Source of the DNA: Pyrinomonadaceae bacterium
Lineage (GTDB): Bacteria; Acidobacteriota; Blastocatellia; Pyrinomonadales; Pyrinomonadaceae
Length of the DNA: 64,000 bases
Direction of reading: 5' to 3'
Assembly: GCA_963817025.1 (NCBI GenBank)
Contig: CAWFML010000001.1
Location: 285,332-349,331 of the forward strand
The position numbers were made by a program, and so were the translations under genes. The notes under the pieces are model-generated. The model did not search any database, was not told where the DNA came from, and worked only from the letters and a program-made list of their open reading frames with translations. Positions 40,762 through 50,737 of this stretch are shown piece after piece (the stretch's first letter is position 1; each line of letters begins with the position of its first letter).

Positions 40762-42657
40762 ATGAAAAACTCAAACAGCCTTGCGTCTCCCTCTCAGGCA
40801 AACATCTTTTCGCGCATGGCGTTGCTCCTGAGCCTGCCGCTCATGCTCCTGCTTATCACGCACGCGCATGTCAACGCGCAGACGCAAACGCCCGTCGTCG
40901 TGCAGGAAGAGGCGACCACCACGACGAATGCCGTCGAGCGTGCGACAAAGGAAGCAGTCAAGGCCAAGTCCGTTGTCCGTGGCCGCGCCGTCTATGATGA
41001 TACGGATCGGCCCGTGCGCCGCGCTCGCGTCATGCTGCTGGATATGAACCAGCGCGGGCCGGAGCGCACGGGGATGACCAACGGCTCCGGCGAGTTTCAA
41101 ATCAAGGAAGTTCCGGCAGGCAACTACTTTGTGATGGTGGATATGACGGGAGTGATTACGCCTATCAGCTTCGTTGATTTTGAGGATGCCAGCGGCGAGA
41201 AATTCAATCTTGAAGAGGTGAAAAAGCATTTCACGGAAATCGCCGTGGACGGCACGAATGACCAGACCATCAAGGTGCGTGCGCGAAAGGGCGGAGCCAT
41301 CAGCGGCAAAGTGACATACGCGGATGGAGATGCGGCCATCAACGTGCGTGTCAACATCATGCGCAAGAAAGACGGAAAGCTGGCGCGCTTTATCACCAAT
41401 CTTAACCCGTCTGCGTTATTCGGGATTCAAACGGACGACCGTGGGATGTATCGCATCGCAGGGCTGCCGCCCGGCGAATACAACATCAGCGTAGCAGAGA
41501 CTGTGGATCACTCGGAGGGGCGCAGCGGTCGTGAAGAATACTATATGGGGATGAACATGTTCGGCGGCAACTCTCTGCTGGTCACATATTATCAGGGCGC
41601 GACCGATGAGAAAGAGGCGACTTCCCTACAGGTTGACGCCGGACAGGAATATAACGAGATCAACATCTCGCTGGTCGAGCGCGTGCTGCATAAACTCTCG
41701 GGAACAGTCGTCGCGCGGCGTGACAACAAGCCTCTTCCCAATACTCGCATCAGCATCAAAAGCAAAACCGACACCCTTCCAGACTTTGGTTTTATGTCTG
41801 TCGGGCCGGGCGCATCCACAGACGAGCAGGGCCGTTTCACGCTCAACGAGATACCCGACGGCGTTTACACCCTGACGGTCGAATCAACTTATTCAGGCCC
41901 GGAGGTAAGAACTGAAGTGGATGAAGAAGGGTCGCCGTCAACGGCACCCAACGAGTCGAGGCGCAAGCTGATACGCAAGCAGCAGGACGTAACCGTCAAC
42001 GGCAACGATGTGGCGGATTTGACGATCACTCTCATAGAGGGCGCAATCCTCAACGGCACTGTGATGGTTGACGGGGGCAAACCGCTCCCGCCGCTGACTT
42101 ATGTGACGATGGCGGATGCGAGCGGCGCGGTGGTCAGCGATGTCCCGGTGGAGGTGCAGCAAGACGGCAGTTTCACGATAGACGGTTTGCCTGCGGGAGC
42201 CGTTTACCCGAACGTCTCTGTCAGAGCCACGAGTGAAAACTATTACGTGAAATCAATGACGGCAGGCGGCGCGGACTTGATGCGTGACGCGCTCGCCGTC
42301 GGCGAGGGCGCGAACATCAATGGCGTGAAGATTGTCATCTCGCCTGATGCGGCGACGCTCACGGGCCGCGTGCTCGCACCGGACGCTACGCCTGTCAGCG
42401 GCGCGCGCTTTGTGCTTATCCCGGCAGACCTAACTCGTTGGCGCGCACGCATCTCTTATCTCTTCGGAGATTCTGCGGGCAACGGCAGCTACACCGTCAG
42501 CGGCGCGCCCGGAGAGTATCTCATCGTCTTCATGCGACCGGCAGACCAGCCGAACGCCATCAACGAGGCGTGGATTAGAGAACGCGCCGTAAACGCACAG
42601 CGCGTGACGCTGCTGCCGAAACAGAGCAAGAGCATGAACCTGACCATGCCTCAATAG
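40762..42657 (+). CDS. secreted protein with multiple carboxypeptidase-regulatory-like (CarboxypepD_reg / transthyretin-like) beta-sandwich domains
   Basis: Signal peptide. Repeated modules of the type VRGRAVYDDTDRPVRRARVMLLD...GEFQIKEVPAGNYFV, LSGTVVARRDNKPLPNTRISI...GRFTLNEIPDGVYTL and LTGRVLAPDATPVSGARFVLIP...GSYTVSGAPGEYLI. Confidence 0.6.
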   Translation: MKNSNSLASPSQANIFSRMALLLSLPLMLLLITHAHVNAQTQTPVVVQEEATTTTNAVERATKEAVKAKSVVRGRAVYDDTDRPVRRARVMLLDMNQRGPERTGMTNGSGEFQIKEVPAGNYFVMVDMTGVITPISFVDFEDASGEKFNLEEVKKHFTEIAVDGTNDQTIKVRARKGGAISGKVTYADGDAAINVRVNIMRKKDGKLARFITNLNPSALFGIQTDDRGMYRIAGLPPGEYNISVAETVDHSEGRSGREEYYMGMNMFGGNSLLVTYYQGATDEKEATSLQVDAGQEYNEINISLVERVLHKLSGTVVARRDNKPLPNTRISIKSKTDTLPDFGFMSVGPGASTDEQGRFTLNEIPDGVYTLTVESTYSGPEVRTEVDEEGSPSTAPNESRRKLIRKQQDVTVNGNDVADLTITLIEGAILNGTVMVDGGKPLPPLTYVTMADASGAVVSDVPVEVQQDGSFTIDGLPAGAVYPNVSVRATSENYYVKSMTAGGADLMRDALAVGEGANINGVKIVISPDAATLTGRVLAPDATPVSGARFVLIPADLTRWRARISYLFGDSAGNGSYTVSGAPGEYLIVFMRPADQPNAINEAWIRERAVNAQRVTLLPKQSKSMNLTMPQ

Positions 42658-42750
42658 AAGGCAAAAGTAAAAAGGTAAAAGGCAAAAGTCAGAGAAGCAT
42701 TCAACTGCTCTTCACTTTTGCCTTTTACCTTTTTACTTTTGCCTTCTTCC
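42658..42750. repeat. palindromic repeat, GGCAAAAG/GTAAAAG family (copy e), abutting a stop codon
   Basis: aggcaaaagtaaaaaggtaaaaggcaaaagtcagagaagcattcaactgctcttcacttttgccttttacctttttacttttgcc. Nearly identical to the copy at 57412-57505. Confidence 0.85.
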
Positions 42751-42898
42751 GGCTCTGCGGTAAAGTTTTTAGTCGCAACCGAACAAAACCCGCTATAATC
42801 AACCTCGCCCCATCCTGTACATTCAGACTCTCCCGTTGTCTCAGAAATGAAAGCCGCTTGAGGAAGGCAAGCGTTGCGCTCGAAGCTCATTTTTTGCG

Positions 42899-43327
42899 AT
42901 GCCGGAAGTGATGCGTCTTATTGCCGCCCGTTTGCGCCATTTTGTGGGCAATCGCCGGAGCGCGCCACGCTATGAAGCGCGACTCGTGTGCCGCGTCGCG
43001 CTTAAGGCGCGCAGGGCGGGCGCGAACGGCGCACGCAAAGCCCCCATGCTCGAAGGCCAGACGAGGGATTTAAGCGCGACCGGTATCAGTCTCCTGATGC
43101 CTGCGATTCGCCTCGGCGACCATTACCTGACGGGCGAAGGCAGCACGCTGCTGATTGAGCTTGAATTGCCAGATGAGGTGATTCAAGTGCAGGCCGTCGC
43201 CGTGCGTTACGAGCGGCTGGAAGAAGAGGGAGCAAGGAGCGAATACGTTATCGGCACGCGGATCACGGAGATGACCGAAGAGGCTCGCGCACGCTTTAAC
43301 GCTTACTTGCAAAGCCACAAGAGATAA
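42899..43327 (+). CDS. PilZ-domain (c-di-GMP-binding) protein
   Basis: RRSAPRYE (RxxxR motif) and DLSATGISL (D-x-S-x-x-G motif) at PilZ-typical spacing. Confidence 0.65.
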   Translation: MPEVMRLIAARLRHFVGNRRSAPRYEARLVCRVALKARRAGANGARKAPMLEGQTRDLSATGISLLMPAIRLGDHYLTGEGSTLLIELELPDEVIQVQAVAVRYERLEEEGARSEYVIGTRITEMTEEARARFNAYLQSHKR

Positions 43328-43342
43328 TCTTGAAGAACGACT

Positions 43343-43411
43343 CACGCTGGTGGCGCAAAGGCGCAAAGAAGGACTTAATCGTTTTCTTTGCGCCTTTGCG
43401 CCACCAGCGTG
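43343..43411. repeat. perfect 69-bp palindrome, GCGCAAAG family (copy c)
   Basis: cacgctggtggcgcaaaggcgcaaagaaggacttaatcgttttctttgcgcctttgcgccaccagcgtg. Confidence 0.9.
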
Positions 43412-43431
43412 CGCCGCTTGCGCGTGCCAGC

Positions 43432-44349
43432 TTATCGCGCTTGCAAACTGTAACCGGGAACGATGTCTCCTGTCGTTCCGAACGAGAAGCCTGTAAATCC
43501 CGTTGAGCTGCGATTGAGATAGAAAGCTGCGGGCGAGCCTGCGCGCCACACAGCTTGATCTGTCCGCCTGTCGCCGTCGTAATCTCCCGGCGCGGGGATG
43601 TCTCCGCTGATGCCGAACGAGACGTTGGCAAATGCTCCATCTGAGCTACGCAGCCAGTACCAGTTGCCAGCCCCGGCTCCTGTGAACCTGTAGACGGCGA
43701 AATCCGCCCTTCCATCCCCGTCAAAATCTGCCGGAAGAACGGAATCCGTCGTAGAGTTGCCGAAGTTTTGTGCGGCCACAGTCCCGTCAGAGCTTCTTAA
43801 GATAAAGAAGGCGCTGGCCGGACTACCTGCATCTGTTCGATAAACGCCGACATCAGCTTTACCATCGCCGTCAAAATCGCCGCGCACATTCACATCCGTC
43901 GCCGTGTTGCCAAAAACGACGCCTGTAAATCCCAAAGCGCTGCGCTGGATATACCAACTGAGCGTGCCGCCCACATTGCGCGTCACCGACGGGTCTGCTT
44001 TGCCGTCGCGAGGCAGTTCAATTTCCGAATCCATGACCGGCGATTCCTCGAAATGAAATCTGGCAAGGCTGCCATCCGGCATCGGCAAAGCCATCATCGC
44101 CTGAGAATGTCTCAAGCCCACAGCGCTTTGCATCGGAGCTTTGCCCAACGCTTGCCGGAGCGCATCATGATTTAATCTCAATGTGAGATAAGAGTTTGGC
44201 ATCGAAGCGCGCGGGCGGCGATTGGCAATCGCGCTGTCTTCGATTTTCTGCCAGATGCCATCAGTTGCCCTCTCGCCTGTCCCCGTGGTCACAGGCGACT
44301 GCGGCAAACGCTCCGGCGCAACGGATTCAGGAACGGTCTTATTAGCCAA
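43432..44349 (-). CDS. FG-GAP/VCBS repeat protein
   Basis: Repeats of the form GDFDGDGKADVGVYR, ADFDGDGRADFAVYR and GDYDGDRRTDQAVWR. Paralogous to the C-terminal third of the 51899-54763 product. Confidence 0.7.
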   Translation of the reverse strand: MANKTVPESVAPERLPQSPVTTGTGERATDGIWQKIEDSAIANRRPRASMPNSYLTLRLNHDALRQALGKAPMQSAVGLRHSQAMMALPMPDGSLARFHFEESPVMDSEIELPRDGKADPSVTRNVGGTLSWYIQRSALGFTGVVFGNTATDVNVRGDFDGDGKADVGVYRTDAGSPASAFFILRSSDGTVAAQNFGNSTTDSVLPADFDGDGRADFAVYRFTGAGAGNWYWLRSSDGAFANVSFGISGDIPAPGDYDGDRRTDQAVWRAGSPAAFYLNRSSTGFTGFSFGTTGDIVPGYSLQAR

Positions 44350-44365
44350 AGATTGGATTTTGTGC

Positions 44366-44395
44366 TTGACATGTTTGCGGGCAATCGCTTAGTAT
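44366..44395 (+). promoter_or_regulatory. sigma70-type promoter of cspA (TTGACA-18nt-TAGTAT) giving a ~290-nt 5'UTR
   Basis: TTGACA at 44366-44371 and TAGTAT at 44390-44395. The ATG is at 44687. Long structured 5'UTRs are typical of cold-shock genes. Confidence 0.5.
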
Positions 44396-44686
44396 GCGCC
44401 GTCGTTTGAGGCAAGTATTTCCTCTAACCCATCCCCGTGGTTAGATTTGCAAGCGTTACAGTAATGAGTTTTAGTTCTTCCCCGTTGAGTCTGTGTCTGA
44501 TGAAAAGAGTTGCGCTCCCGGCGCTCTCTTGATTCCGCACAGGCTTTTTCTTGTATTGTGCAGTTTCCGTGCGGTGCCCCATCAAAAGCGCCATCCGGCT
44601 CACAAGCATTAACCTGAGCGATGCCAAAGCCTTCAGAAAGCTTTTGCTCCCGCGTTTTACCGAATCGTTAGGAGGATTCGTTTGCT

Positions 44687-44893
44687 ATGTCTAGAATAAC
44701 CGGCAAGGTCAAGTGGTTCAACAATTCGAAGGGTTACGGCTTCATTGAGCAGCCCGGCTCCTCGGACATTTTCGTTCACTACAGCGCCATTCAGGGCGAC
44801 GGCTTCAAGACTCTCGAAGAGGGTCAGGAAGTCGAATTCGAAGTCACGCAAGGCCCGAAAGGCCCGCAGGCTGAGAAAGTGATCAAGATGTAA
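44687..44893 (+). CDS. cspA: cold-shock protein (CspA family)
   Basis: [53 protein letters not shown], with the RNP1/RNP2 motifs KGYGFI and DIFVHY. An AGGAGG ribosome-binding site is present. Confidence 0.97.
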   Translation: MSRITGKVKWFNNSKGYGFIEQPGSSDIFVHYSAIQGDGFKTLEEGQEVEFEVTQGPKGPQAEKVIKM

Positions 44894-45031
44894 GATACTC
44901 CCCGGCTTTCCTCACAAAGCAAAGCCACTGACCGCTTCCGGTCTTGAGTCCGGAAGGAGTTAAAAGAAGAAAGGCGATTTCCCGAATTCGAGAAATCGCC
45001 TTTTTTCTTTGCCAGCTCCGCCTTCAATATT

Positions 45032-45619
45032 TCAAGCCACATTCTTTCTCACAATCAAGGCCAGATGCCCGCGAGAAGTCGGGTCGTCCACCTCACACAG
45101 CTCGACCTCAAAACCCACGTCTCTTAACAGGCGTAATGTCTCGACAGGCTCATAGCCGCTGTAAAAGAACGTCTGGCCGAACATCTCGGAGGTAAAGCCT
45201 TCATGACCTGTGCCTCCGGCGGATAACAGAAACGGGCCGCCGGGCGACAGCCGCTCGTAAACTTTCCGAAAGACGCTCTGGTGGCATTCGCGCTCGACAT
45301 GAAAAATCGAATCCCACGCAATCGCCGCCGCAAAGCTTCCGGTCAACTCAACTTCGCACATGTCGCCCTCTATCAGTAAAGCCTCAGGCACAACCCCGCG
45401 CGCAATCTCAAGCATCGCTGCCGACTGATCCAGCCCGACGACTTGAAAGCCTTTCTGGACCAGATAATGTGCGACGGGCATCCCCGTCCCGCAACCGAGG
45501 TCGAGGATTTTCGCGCCCGGCTCAAGCCTATCGAGAACGAAGTCAACATATTTCTTCGCCCCGAAAAATTTGCGGCTCGCGTGCCAGTCTCCGGCAATCA
45601 AATCATAAGCATTTCGCAT
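45032..45619 (-). CDS. class I SAM-dependent methyltransferase
   Basis: ILDLGCGTGMPVAHYL (motif I) followed by VVGLDQSAAM. Confidence 0.8.
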   Translation of the reverse strand: MRNAYDLIAGDWHASRKFFGAKKYVDFVLDRLEPGAKILDLGCGTGMPVAHYLVQKGFQVVGLDQSAAMLEIARGVVPEALLIEGDMCEVELTGSFAAAIAWDSIFHVERECHQSVFRKVYERLSPGGPFLLSAGGTGHEGFTSEMFGQTFFYSGYEPVETLRLLRDVGFEVELCEVDDPTSRGHLALIVRKNVA

Positions 45620-45751
45620 CGCTCCGAATATCGAACCTTTCCTTTGTTTGCCACTCCTCTGATGCTCTACGCGCTTTCAATTTTTAGGAGTGGGTCAAGG
45701 TGAAGTTGATGAGTCGTTAATCATGAACTGAGTGCGGAAGAAAGCAAGATT

Positions 45752-45850
45752 CTCCCGCAAAGACGCAAAGGCGCAGAGGAAGACCGCAAAGGTGTTGAGT
45801 GCCACTCGCTCTTGGCGTGCTTTTCTTTAAGCCTTTGCGCCTTTGCGGGA
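45752..45850. repeat. palindromic repeat, GCGCAAAG family (copy d)
   Basis: cgcaaagacgcaaaggcgcagaggaagaccgcaaaggtgttgagtgccactcgctcttggcgtgcttttctttaagcctttgcgcctttgcg. Confidence 0.85.
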
Positions 45851-45893
45851 AACTGTCTTTTGGTCTCCGCGCTTGTCATCTGAAACTGACTCA

Positions 45894-46310
45894 CTACCCA
45901 ATTTTTGATTTACGCTTGCGCCGTTCTCCTGCATCCGTGAAGGCAAAGGCGAATCCGAAGACGAAGGTCGCAGGGAAGAAGATAAACATCGCTTTCTCCC
46001 AGAGCCGGAATTTCTCGAAGTCTTCCTCTGTGCGCGTCGTGCCGCCCTTGCCTGCGTAGCCGTTTCCGGTTTGCCTGATAGGCGCATCAGGAAAGTTGTA
46101 AGCCCCGTAGATCAAGGTGGCAGATGCCAGCACAGACGCAGTGATAGTGAGCAGGAGCAGGAGGCGCGTGAGTGGCCCACGATGCCGCGCCCTTTTCCGC
46201 TCAAGCCCGGCCTGTCTAGCCATCTGTGTATATAACGCCTGTGCCTCGCTCAGAGCATCGCGCCCTTGCTCCGGCGCGGGCTGTGAACTCCTGCGGTCAG
46301 CTTCTTTCAT
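45894..46310 (-). CDS. hypothetical membrane protein
   Basis: ORF with two predicted TM helices (LLLLTITASVLASATLIYGAY; IFFPATFVFGFAFAF). The start is uncertain; the internal MKEADRR at 46310 is preferred over the ORF-track 46418. Confidence 0.35.
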   Translation of the reverse strand: MKEADRRSSQPAPEQGRDALSEAQALYTQMARQAGLERKRARHRGPLTRLLLLLTITASVLASATLIYGAYNFPDAPIRQTGNGYAGKGGTTRTEEDFEKFRLWEKAMFIFFPATFVFGFAFAFTDAGERRKRKSKIG

Positions 46311-46356
46311 CGCGTGATTCTCCGCAAAAAGGTACGGCTCCCGCTTAAGAGTTATG

Positions 46357-47925
46357 TCATGGAACAACGGGCGCAGCCTGATAGTAGATGCCCGAACCCG
46401 GCCCAAGCGGGAGGCCAAACAGATACCAGACGATTAAGAGCAACGTCCACAGAATGAAGAAGGTCACAGAGTAGGGCAACATGGTCGCCATGACTGTGCC
46501 GATGCCTGCCTTCTTGTCGTATCGCTGCGCGAAGGCGACGACGAGCGGGAAGTATGACATCAAAGGCGTGATGATGTTTGCAACCGAGTCGCCGATGCGA
46601 TAGCCAGCCTGCGTCAACTCCGGCGAATATCCCAACAACATAAACATCGGCACGAAGACCGGAGCCATCACTGCCCACTTCGCAGACGCGCTGCCCAGAA
46701 CCAGATCGAGCAGCACAGTGATGCAGATAAAGCTGATGATAAGCGGGATGCCGCCGATGCCGGACGAGCGCAGAAGCTCGGCTCCCTTGACGGCGGTGAT
46801 AACGCCGAGGTGCGTCCAGTTAAAGAAGGCTACGAACTGGGCTGCGAAAAACGCGAGCACCAGATAGAGCGACATCGTAGACATAGCCTTCTCCATAGAT
46901 TTCATCACGTCGCTGTCGTTGCGAATCGTGCGCGCGGCGATGCCGTAAGCAAGACCAATCAGCGCCCCGCCGAAAAAGATGATCGCCACGATGCCCGACA
47001 GAAACGGCGACTGCAAAACGCCGCCCGTTTTCGGGTCGCGCAGGAAACCGCTCGCAGGCACGAGTCCCCATAAAATGATTCCGATGAGTATCAGCGCCAT
47101 CACCAGCGCGCACCACAGCCCGCGCTTTTCCGCTCCGCTCAACTGCTTCAATTCCTCAGGCTTCTCGTCTCCCGTGTATTCGCCAAAGCGCGGCACGACC
47201 ACTTTTTCCGTGATGTATGTCCCGGCCAGCGCGATCATCACCGCCGAAGTCGCCATAAAATAATAGTTCGCAGCAGGCGTCACGACATAAGCTTTATCAA
47301 GGATGCGCGCAGCTTCTTGCGTCAGCCCTGCGAGCAGCGGGTCTGTCGGCCCAAGCAGCAGGTTTGCGCTAAAGCCTCCCGACACTCCCGCGAACGCCGC
47401 CGCCAGTCCCGCCAGCGGATGACGCCCCACAGCCAGAAAAATCATCGCGCCCAAAGGGATGACCAGCACATAGCCGACATCTGAAGCCATGTGCGACATC
47501 ACGCCCGCGAAGACCACCACGAACGTCAACAGGCGACGCGGGGCCGAGAGCACTACGGCCCGCAGCACGGCAGAGATTAGCCCGCTGCCTTCGGCCACGG
47601 CGATGCCGAGCATAGCCACCAGCACCGTTCCCAGAGGCGCAAAGCCTGTAAAGTTTGTGACCAGCGAGGTCAGGATGCGATGCAGCCCCGCGACCGTCAG
47701 CAAGCTCTCTGCGCGCACCACTTCTTTTGTTCCAGGATGCACGACCGACACGCCGAGGCCCGCTGTGATGGCCGACAGGATAACGACGAAGAGCGCCAGA
47801 ATCACAAACAGCGTCGCCGGATGCGGCAGGATATTTCCGGCCTTTTCGATGACTCCGAGAAAACGATTCAGGAAAGAATCTTTGGCGCGTAATTCCGCTT
47901 CCGACTTGGGTTTGCCAGTCTCCAT
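46357..47925 (-). CDS. AbgT-family transporter (p-aminobenzoyl-glutamate / antimetabolite transporter family)
   Basis: 522 aa and polytopic, with characteristic AbgT regions ([32 protein letters not shown]; GPTDPLLAG; MLPYSVTFF). Confidence 0.8.
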   Translation of the reverse strand: METGKPKSEAELRAKDSFLNRFLGVIEKAGNILPHPATLFVILALFVVILSAITAGLGVSVVHPGTKEVVRAESLLTVAGLHRILTSLVTNFTGFAPLGTVLVAMLGIAVAEGSGLISAVLRAVVLSAPRRLLTFVVVFAGVMSHMASDVGYVLVIPLGAMIFLAVGRHPLAGLAAAFAGVSGGFSANLLLGPTDPLLAGLTQEAARILDKAYVVTPAANYYFMATSAVMIALAGTYITEKVVVPRFGEYTGDEKPEELKQLSGAEKRGLWCALVMALILIGIILWGLVPASGFLRDPKTGGVLQSPFLSGIVAIIFFGGALIGLAYGIAARTIRNDSDVMKSMEKAMSTMSLYLVLAFFAAQFVAFFNWTHLGVITAVKGAELLRSSGIGGIPLIISFICITVLLDLVLGSASAKWAVMAPVFVPMFMLLGYSPELTQAGYRIGDSVANIITPLMSYFPLVVAFAQRYDKKAGIGTVMATMLPYSVTFFILWTLLLIVWYLFGLPLGPGSGIYYQAAPVVP

Positions 47926-48153
47926 GTTCCGCTCCTTAAGATATAGAGAGCCGCACCACGCGCGGCCAATTGAAAAAAAGGTTCGCTACTGTGCTGCCGG
48001 GGAAACTGGCAGGCTGCTGATGCGATGAATAATAACCGCATCGCAAACGCTCGCCTAGCCTGAAAACTCTTTCGCCTGCCGGAGAGGCTCGATCATATTA
48101 TCCTAGATAATGGCCGTCTCTTGGTGTAGATTCATCGCTTAGAGAATCCCGAA

Positions 48154-50094
48154 ATGATAAGAAAGATAATCTCAGCCGTGCTGCGTTATGGATTGGCGTT
48201 GGGATCGTTCGTGCTCATCCTGCTGATCTCTCTTGGCCTTCAGAGATTTTTTTCGCTCAGGCTCGACCTCACTGTGCTCATCATTGCGGCGATGATCGCC
48301 AGCGCGTGGTACTTGGGAAGAGGGCCGGGACTGCTGGTCGCATTCGTCCTTGAGATCGCGCTTTTTTATTTCTCGACTGCGCCCTACACATTCAAGTCTG
48401 GCGTCCTGAGCTTTAACCGGCTGGTGCTCTTTGTGAGTCTGGTGTTATTCGCCACCTCGCGCCGCAACGTCGAGAGGAAATTGCGCGAGCAGCGCGAGTG
48501 GCTGCATGTCACGCTCTACAGCATCGGCGACGCTGTGATTGCGACGGACATCAACGGCTCTATAAATTTTATCAATCCTGTGGCCGAAGCCATCACCGGC
48601 TGGAAGATGCCCCAAGCCTCCGGCAAGCCGCTCGACGAAGTTTTTCAAGTTATCAGCGAAGATACGCGCGAGCCGGTTGAGAATCCCTTCTCCGTCATCA
48701 AACGCGAAGGCAACGTGGTCGGCCTTGCCAATCACACGCTGCTGCTGACCAGAGACGGCAGAGAGCTTCCGATAGAAGACAGCGGCGCGCCGATCAGGGA
48801 TGCGGGCGGCAAAATCATCGGAGTGATAATAGTCTTTCATGATGTCAGCGAGCGCAGGCGCACCGAACAGGAGCGCGAGAGGTTGCTCAAGCTTGAGCAG
48901 TCCGCGCGCGGCGAAGCGGAGACTGCCAATCGCATGAAGGACGAATTTCTGGCAACCGTGTCACACGAGCTGCGCACGCCCCTGACCTCGATCATGGGCT
49001 GGGCCGGGATGCTTAATCAAGGTCATCTGGAAGCAGGGATGGCGCGCGATGCGCTTGAGATTATCGAACGCAATGCCAAAGCGCAGGCTGAAATCATAGA
49101 TGACATTCTGGATGTCTCGCGCATCATCACAGGCAAGTTTCACATTGATTCCGAGCCGGTTGACCTTGTCCCGATAATTCAATCCGCCGTTGACAATGTG
49201 CGCCCGGCGGCGGCAGCCAAATCCATTGCGATGACAGTCACGCTCGATAAAGCGGCTGGCCTCGTCGCAGGCGATCACGACCGTTTGCAGCAGATCATCT
49301 GGAATCTGGTCTCGAATGCCATCAAGTTTACGCCTCAGGATGGGCGCATAGAGATTCTCTTAGCGCAGGCGGATTCGCAACTCGAATTCAGGGTCAGCGA
49401 TAACGGTATCGGTATTGACTCACAGTTTTTGCCCTTTGTCTTTGAACGATTCCGGCAGGCCGATTCGTCTTCGACGCGCACGCACGGCGGGCTTGGATTG
49501 GGACTTGCGATTGTGCGCCATCTGGTCGAGCTACACGGCGGAACCGTTTCCGCCGAAAGCGCGGGCGCGGGTCTGGGCGCGGCCTTCACTGTGCGCTTGC
49601 CTCTGGCATCTTTGAGCCTGCCTGCGACAACGGCTGCGGGCGATTCGCCAGCGGAACGTCGTCAGGCGGAAGAGCCGGATGACGGCTTAACCGGCACACC
49701 GGATTTGACAGGCTTGCGCGTGCTGCTGGTAGACGATGACCCGGATACGCGCGAGATGGTCTGCCAGATGTTGAGCCAGTATGGCGCGAAGGTGTGCGTC
49801 GCTGCTTCCAGCGCAGAAGCGTTAAAGACTTTTCTTGAATGGCAACCGAACGTGCTGGTCTCCGATCTGGGGATGCCGGACGAAGACGGATTTGCGCTTA
49901 TCGGCAAGGTGCGCCACCTCACGCCGGAGCAGGGCGGCAATATTCCGGCAGCGGCGTTGACCGCTTATGTCAGAGACGAGGAACGCCTGCGCGCGCTCGA
50001 CGCAGGTTATCAAACACACATCCCGAAACCCGTGAATCCGAACACACTCGCGGCCATCGTCGCCGGACTGGCAAAGCGCGCCAATCGAACCTGA
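48154..50094 (+). CDS. hybrid sensor histidine kinase (TM-PAS-HisKA-HATPase_c-REC), orphan
   Basis: N-terminal TM helices, a PAS domain (LYSIGDAVIATDINGSINFINPVAEAITGW), H-box SHELRTPLTS, G1/G2 boxes (DNGIGI, GGLGLGLAIV) and a C-terminal receiver (VLLVDDDPDTREMV...SDLGMPDEDGF...K). Confidence 0.9.
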   Translation: MIRKIISAVLRYGLALGSFVLILLISLGLQRFFSLRLDLTVLIIAAMIASAWYLGRGPGLLVAFVLEIALFYFSTAPYTFKSGVLSFNRLVLFVSLVLFATSRRNVERKLREQREWLHVTLYSIGDAVIATDINGSINFINPVAEAITGWKMPQASGKPLDEVFQVISEDTREPVENPFSVIKREGNVVGLANHTLLLTRDGRELPIEDSGAPIRDAGGKIIGVIIVFHDVSERRRTEQERERLLKLEQSARGEAETANRMKDEFLATVSHELRTPLTSIMGWAGMLNQGHLEAGMARDALEIIERNAKAQAEIIDDILDVSRIITGKFHIDSEPVDLVPIIQSAVDNVRPAAAAKSIAMTVTLDKAAGLVAGDHDRLQQIIWNLVSNAIKFTPQDGRIEILLAQADSQLEFRVSDNGIGIDSQFLPFVFERFRQADSSSTRTHGGLGLGLAIVRHLVELHGGTVSAESAGAGLGAAFTVRLPLASLSLPATTAAGDSPAERRQAEEPDDGLTGTPDLTGLRVLLVDDDPDTREMVCQMLSQYGAKVCVAASSAEALKTFLEWQPNVLVSDLGMPDEDGFALIGKVRHLTPEQGGNIPAAALTAYVRDEERLRALDAGYQTHIPKPVNPNTLAAIVAGLAKRANRT

Positions 50095-50107
50095 CCACGT
50101 ATAATTT

Positions 50108-50213
50108 CCCGCAAAGGCGCAAAGGCGCAAAGCAAGACGCGAAGAAAGCGTTCAAGATAAATAGAGCTTCAACACCTTTGCGTGCTTTTCTTTGCGCCTT
50201 TGCGCCTTTGCGC
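50108..50213. repeat. palindromic repeat, GCGCAAAG family (copy e)
   Basis: cccgcaaaggcgcaaaggcgcaaagcaagacgcgaagaaagcg...cacctttgcgtgcttttctttgcgcctttgcgcctttgcg. Confidence 0.85.
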
Positions 50214-50234
50214 GAGTCGTTCTTTATGAGCTTG

Positions 50235-50666
50235 TCATCTCGGAATCAGATAAGTGAAGCGGCGTGCGATGCCCACCCGGAAGGCTCGATTATTTTCGCA
50301 GCCGACGACCTTCACAGTGCCGCACGACTGGTCATAAATAATGGTGTCGTTCCGTTTGACCTGAAAGATGTAGGTAATCGCGCCCGTCTTGTTTTTGACT
50401 TCAAAACGGATGCGGTTCCGGCTTCTCTTTAAATCTTCAGTGATGTCCAGCCAGTTGCTGTCCTCATCAAAACCCACATCCACCATCAAAACGCCGTTCA
50501 CAAAAGCTTTGCCCCCGTCATCACAATTGCGGACTCTGATGTAATATCTGTCTGCGGTTGATGACTTTGAGGTTACAGATGCCTGTTGCCCGTAGACGGC
50601 AGGCAGGCAGGCGCAGATGACCATTATTGAAAAGATAAGCCGCGCGGGCCGTAGTGGTGTCTTCAT
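50235..50666 (-). CDS. small secreted hypothetical protein (signal peptide, 4 Cys)
   Basis: MKTPLRPARLIFSIMVICACLPAVYGQQ signal peptide. No known motif. Confidence 0.45.
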   Translation of the reverse strand: MKTPLRPARLIFSIMVICACLPAVYGQQASVTSKSSTADRYYIRVRNCDDGGKAFVNGVLMVDVGFDEDSNWLDITEDLKRSRNRIRFEVKNKTGAITYIFQVKRNDTIIYDQSCGTVKVVGCENNRAFRVGIARRFTYLIPR

Positions 50667-50737
50667 GCGCTTTACACTAGGCGCAAACGGATTATCAGGT
50701 CAAGACGTATATATCTATCTGCGCGCACGAAAGTTTA

